Source: Macrostomum lignano
Taxonomy: Eukaryota
Assembly (NCBI GenBank): GCA_002269645.1
Contig: NIVC01002734.1
Span: forward strand, 1 to 64,000
DNA length: 64,000 bases
Direction: 5' to 3'
Below are positions 59,966 through 64,000 of the stretch, in pieces. The position numbers were made by a program, and so were the translations under genes. The first letter of the stretch is position 1, and the number at the start of each line of letters is the position of its first letter. Under the pieces are notes generated by a model. It saw nothing but the letters and a program-made list of their open reading frames with translations, made no database searches and had not been told where the DNA came from.

Positions 59966-60804
59966 GGTACGATTGTACACGCTTCTATGGTAAAAAGACT
60001 AGTCAATGATACACCCGCTCACACAGGTTCTCCACACACATGTACACACTCTGGCCTTAAGGGTTGGCCTCTCATAGGTGCGAATTACACGACAACCCGT
60101 AGGCCATTTTTCGTGCAAAAGCTCTAATAAATGAATATGGCAGCGCATGGAATCGAATCAAGACACAGAATATACACAGAATGCCCGATCGACTGTCGCG
60201 TGATGTTTGAAGTTAATATGCGAACAAACTATTTCTGTGGTGAAGCTGATCAGTAGTTATGAATTCTATATGCATATAAATAAATATATATATGTAAGAT
60301 TTATCCACATAAACTGACAAAAGTATTTATTATTTCCTTTTTCTGTGTATTTTGCGTTTGCTGTGGTCGCCAATTGGGCCGTTTTACTTTTTGCTTATTG
60401 TGTGCGTATATAGAGGTCCAGTTTTTATTACTTTTGAATAAAGTCTGGCCTTCGCCTCGGTTTACTACTTTTTCTCTCATCTCTCACCGACTAAAAATTT
60501 CGCTGCCCGCCTGTTGCTAAACATAGCTTCCCACCAGCAATTGGACAATATATATGTAGACTCTGCATATGATTCTATAAACTTAGATATTGCTTCAGAA
60601 TTGACACTTCATAGTTCTTACAGTTATATGCAGCGCATTGCCTTCTTGATGCTGTCACAATGTTACAGTAGCCTCTGTAGGTGCCTTCGATGCTGCTAAT
60701 GACTGCCTTATTCATGTCAGTAGCGGCTGTTGCTACTCGCAGTCTCAGTCGTCTATGGCACAACCCCTCCAAGCCGCACACGCGAAAGTATAAGTGACTA
60801 CTGG

Positions 60805-62042
60805 CGCTGGCGCATTTAATTAGGGGGGCGGGGGTTTAAGTACAAGATAAGGCAAGGAGGAGTGGAGTGCGCGCATTTAATTAGCGGGGTGGGGGTTTAA
60901 GTACAAGATAAGGCAAGGAGGAGTGGAGTGCGCGCATTTAATTAGCGGGGTGGGGGTTTAAGTACAAGATAAGGCAAGGAGGAGTGGAGTGCGCGCATTT
61001 AATTAGCGGGGTGGGGGTTTAAGTACAAGATAAGGCAAGGAGGAGTGGAGTGCGCGCATTTAATTAGCGGGGTGGGGGTTTAAGTACAAGATAAGGCAAG
61101 GAGGAGTGGAGTGCGCGCGCTTTTAATTAGCGGGGTATGGGTTTAAGTACAAGATAAGGCAAGGAGGAGTGGAGTGCGCGCATTTAATTAGCGGGGTGGG
61201 GGTTTAAGTACAAGATAAGGCAAGGAGGAGTGGAGTGCGCGCATTTAATTAGCGGGGTGGGGGTTTAAGTACAAGATAAGGCAAGGAGGAGTGGAGTGCG
61301 CGCATTTAATTAGCGGGGTGGGGGTTTAAGTACAAGATAAGGCAAGGAGGAGTGGAGTGCGCGCGCTTTTAATTAGCGGGGTATGGGTTTAAGTACAAGA
61401 TAAGGCAAGGAGGAGTGGAGTTCTCGCATTTAATTAGCGGGGTGGGGGTTTAAGTACAAAATAAGGCAAGGAGGAGTGGAGTGCGCGCATTTAATTAGCG
61501 GGGTGGGGGTTTAAGTACAAGATAAGGCAAGGAAGAGTGGAGTGCGCGCATTTAATTAGCGGGGTGGGGGTTTAAGTACAAGATAAGGCAAGGAGTGGTG
61601 GAGTGCGCGCATTTAATTAGCGGGGTGGGGGTTAAGTATAAGATAAGGCAAGGACGATTGGAGTGCGCGCATTTAATTAGCGGGTGGGGGTTTAAGTACA
61701 AGATAAGGCAAGGAGGAGTGGAGTGCGCGCATTTAATTAGCGGGGTGGCGGTCTAAGTACAAGATAAGGCAAGGAGGGGTGGAGTGCGCGCATTTAATTA
61801 GCGGGGTGGGGGTTTAAGTACAAGATAAGGCAAGGAGGAGTGGAGTGCGCGCATTTAATTAGCGGGGTGGGGGTTTAAGTACAAGATAAGGCAAGGACGA
61901 TTGGAGTGCGCGCATTTAATTAGCGGGGTGGGGGTTTAAGTACAAGATAAGGCAAGGAGGAGTGGAGTGCGCGCATTTAATTAGCGGGGTGGGGGTTTAA
62001 GTACGAGCGTACAAGATAAGGCAAGGAGGGGTGGAGTGCGCG
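60805..62042. repeat. 61-bp G-rich minisatellite
   Basis: Unit GCGCGCATTTAATTAGCGGGGTGGGGGTTTAAGTACAAGATAAGGCAAGGAGGAGTGGAGT, about 20 copies. Confidence 0.96.
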
Positions 62043-62588
62043 ACTGAGGAAAGAGGCGAGAATGAAGAGCGAATCAGAAGGCGCCTTAAATGCGCCGTCA
62101 GACCTCGGGCTCTTGTTTATTCATTTTGTTTCTTTTGATTGTCTTGTGTTTGTTTAGAATTTCCTCTCATGGATCTGCAAGTGGAGCAATAAAGAGAGAA
62201 AGTCCATGAAAGTTTTGGCTGACTGAACCGAAAAGGGCTCTGTTGAATATGAAAGAGAGTGTCTTAATTGAATTTCTGTAAGAACTGTGTTTCACAGACA
62301 GTTTAAATTGCTGTTCCGATTGTTTAAATTTAAACAAATTAAAAATTTAAATTTAAATTTCAGTTAAAGGGAGTTTGGTCAAAATAGTGTAGTGTAAAAT
62401 AGTGTAACTGTCTTCACCACAAAAATAGAAAATCACCAATCATAGTTTTTTCGGCGGATTTCTCTGCAAGAGGGCTGATCGGGCATTCTGTATATTCTGT
62501 GAAGCAAGGGGCTGTAGCGCAAGAGCCAGACGCGTTTACTACAAAGCTACCCCCTGTAGCCTGTTTAAAGAGCCTCTCTCTGAGTCTC

Positions 62589-63510
62589 CTACATAGATCG
62601 CACTTCAAACAGACCACCCTGAGACGAACTGCTGCCGCCAGACGTCATCAAATCGGCGCTAGCATGCGTTGAAGCTGATCGTTTCATTCCAGAAGCAGAA
62701 GCAGACTGTTGCAATTGCTGCTGTTGCTGTTGTTGCTGAGCAAGAAACGTCACAGATGATGGCGATCTATCTATAACGCTGCTGACGCAATCTAACTGAT
62801 TATTCTTCAACTCCGGGTAGTACAGCTTAAAACAAATGTAGGCCACAGAGAATCCCAGAATCGAGCCAACGGCGACATCTTCGCAATGATGATGAAAATC
62901 TGCTAGCCGGCTAAGAGCTATGCACATGGCTATAAACAGAGGCAATCCGCCTAGCAACAGTTGCCAAGCCGACGGTGCGCCGGGAAACCGACGCCAGAGG
63001 CCGAACCGACGCCACAGCAGAAGCGACAGGAAGCCTAGACTAGCAAAAGAAAATGTCGAATGCCCGGATGGAAAGGATTTCCGGCCTTCAATGATAGAAT
63101 CCAGATCGCCATAGCAGGGTTGCATTTGAAGACTCGATTGCATTGGCGCTCCGGCCCCGGCCTCGTGCTCGTGATCGTCCGGGTAGCAACGATAGTAAAA
63201 ATCTGGCCTTGGCCTGCCAACTATGACTTTGATTGTGTTGGCCAGATTGCCGGCTAATAAGATAATTAGCCAATAAGCTAGCTGACAGGTGAGCAATGCG
63301 CTTGATCTACTACTACTGTTAGTAGATGCCTGTTGATCCATTGTCGCCGGACAGAAAGCTGTAAGACAGAGCAAACTGACGGGAATAATTAGCAGGATAA
63401 ACAGCCACATCAACCATGCGGGTACGTAGGAATCGCTCGGGTGATTCTTGTACAGCCACCATTCCTCTGGGTGGATGTCGCGAATGCGGGGATTCAGGTG
63501 CTCCGTGATG
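62589..63510 (-). CDS. PAP2-family phospholipid phosphatase (PLPP4/5-type), terminal exon; first exon outside the window
   Basis: Acceptor TTCCAG| at 63511, then ITEHLNPRIRDIHPEEWWLYKN. Catalytic motifs C1 KVIVGRPRPDF, C2 SFPSGH, C3 SRLADFHHHCEDV intact; stop at 62589-62591. Confidence 0.92.
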
Positions 63511-64000
63511 CTGGAACAAGGATTTGAATGGGATCAATGATGAAGCGTGAAGCTGGAATAGGGATTTGATGGGATCAATGAAGAAGCGTGATGCTGGAAT
63601 AGGGATTTGATGGGATCAACGATGAAGCATGAAGCTGGAATATGGAATTGATGGGATCAATGATCAAGCGTGATGCTGGAATAGGGATTTGATGGGATCA
63701 ATGATGAAGCGTGATACTGGAATAGGAATTTGATGGGATCAATGATGAAGCGTGAAGCTGGAATAGGGATTTGATGGGATCAACGATGAAGCATGAAGCT
63801 GGAATATGGAATTGATGGGATCAATGATGAAGCGTGATACTGGAATAGGAATTTGATGGGATCAATGATGAAGCGTGATACTGGAATAGGGATTTGATGG
63901 TATCAATGAAGAAGCGTGATGCTGGAATAGGGATTTGGATGGGATCAATGATGAAGCGTGAAGCTGGAATAGGGATTTGGATGGGATCAATGATGAAGCA
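63504..64000. repeat. 41-bp tandem repeat overlapping the PLPP 3' splice site
   Basis: Unit TGATGAAGCGTGATGCTGGAATAGGGATTTGATGGGATCAA; the exon junction CGTGATG/CTGGAACAAGGATTTG is itself the terminal copy. Confidence 0.93.

Overview
Eukaryotic genomic DNA from an invertebrate animal. Intron-poor, CpG-rich genes are interleaved with about two dozen unrelated minisatellite arrays (roughly 30% of the window by hand estimate). This architecture resembles the flatworm Macrostomum; that is an inference, not a search result. Genes reconstructed with splice sites: ATG4 cysteine protease (+), ABCD4-type ABC half-transporter (+, 8 exons), orphan class C GPCR (+), a frame-disrupted AF4/FMR2 (AFF/lilli) family gene (+), WDR89 (-), MPDU1 (-), a C6orf163-like coiled-coil gene (+, GC-AG intron) and a 5'-incomplete PLPP4/5-type PAP2 phosphatase (-). 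Mobile DNA: a 4.85-kb foldback element with about 520-bp TIRs and an 8-bp TSD, three MITEs sharing a CATACATGCGCAAC terminus and 8-bp TSDs (two nested in the foldback), a deleted Tc1/IS630-like element, RTE-like LINE and Penelope remnants, and tRNA-derived SINE heads. The most notable observations are the nested foldback/MITE set with an apparent internal inversion, intronic arrays whose units contain splice junctions, complementary microsatellites flanking an in-frame 3-exon block of ABCD4, and the pattern of lesions in the AFF gene. No prokaryotic, CRISPR or rRNA features are supported.
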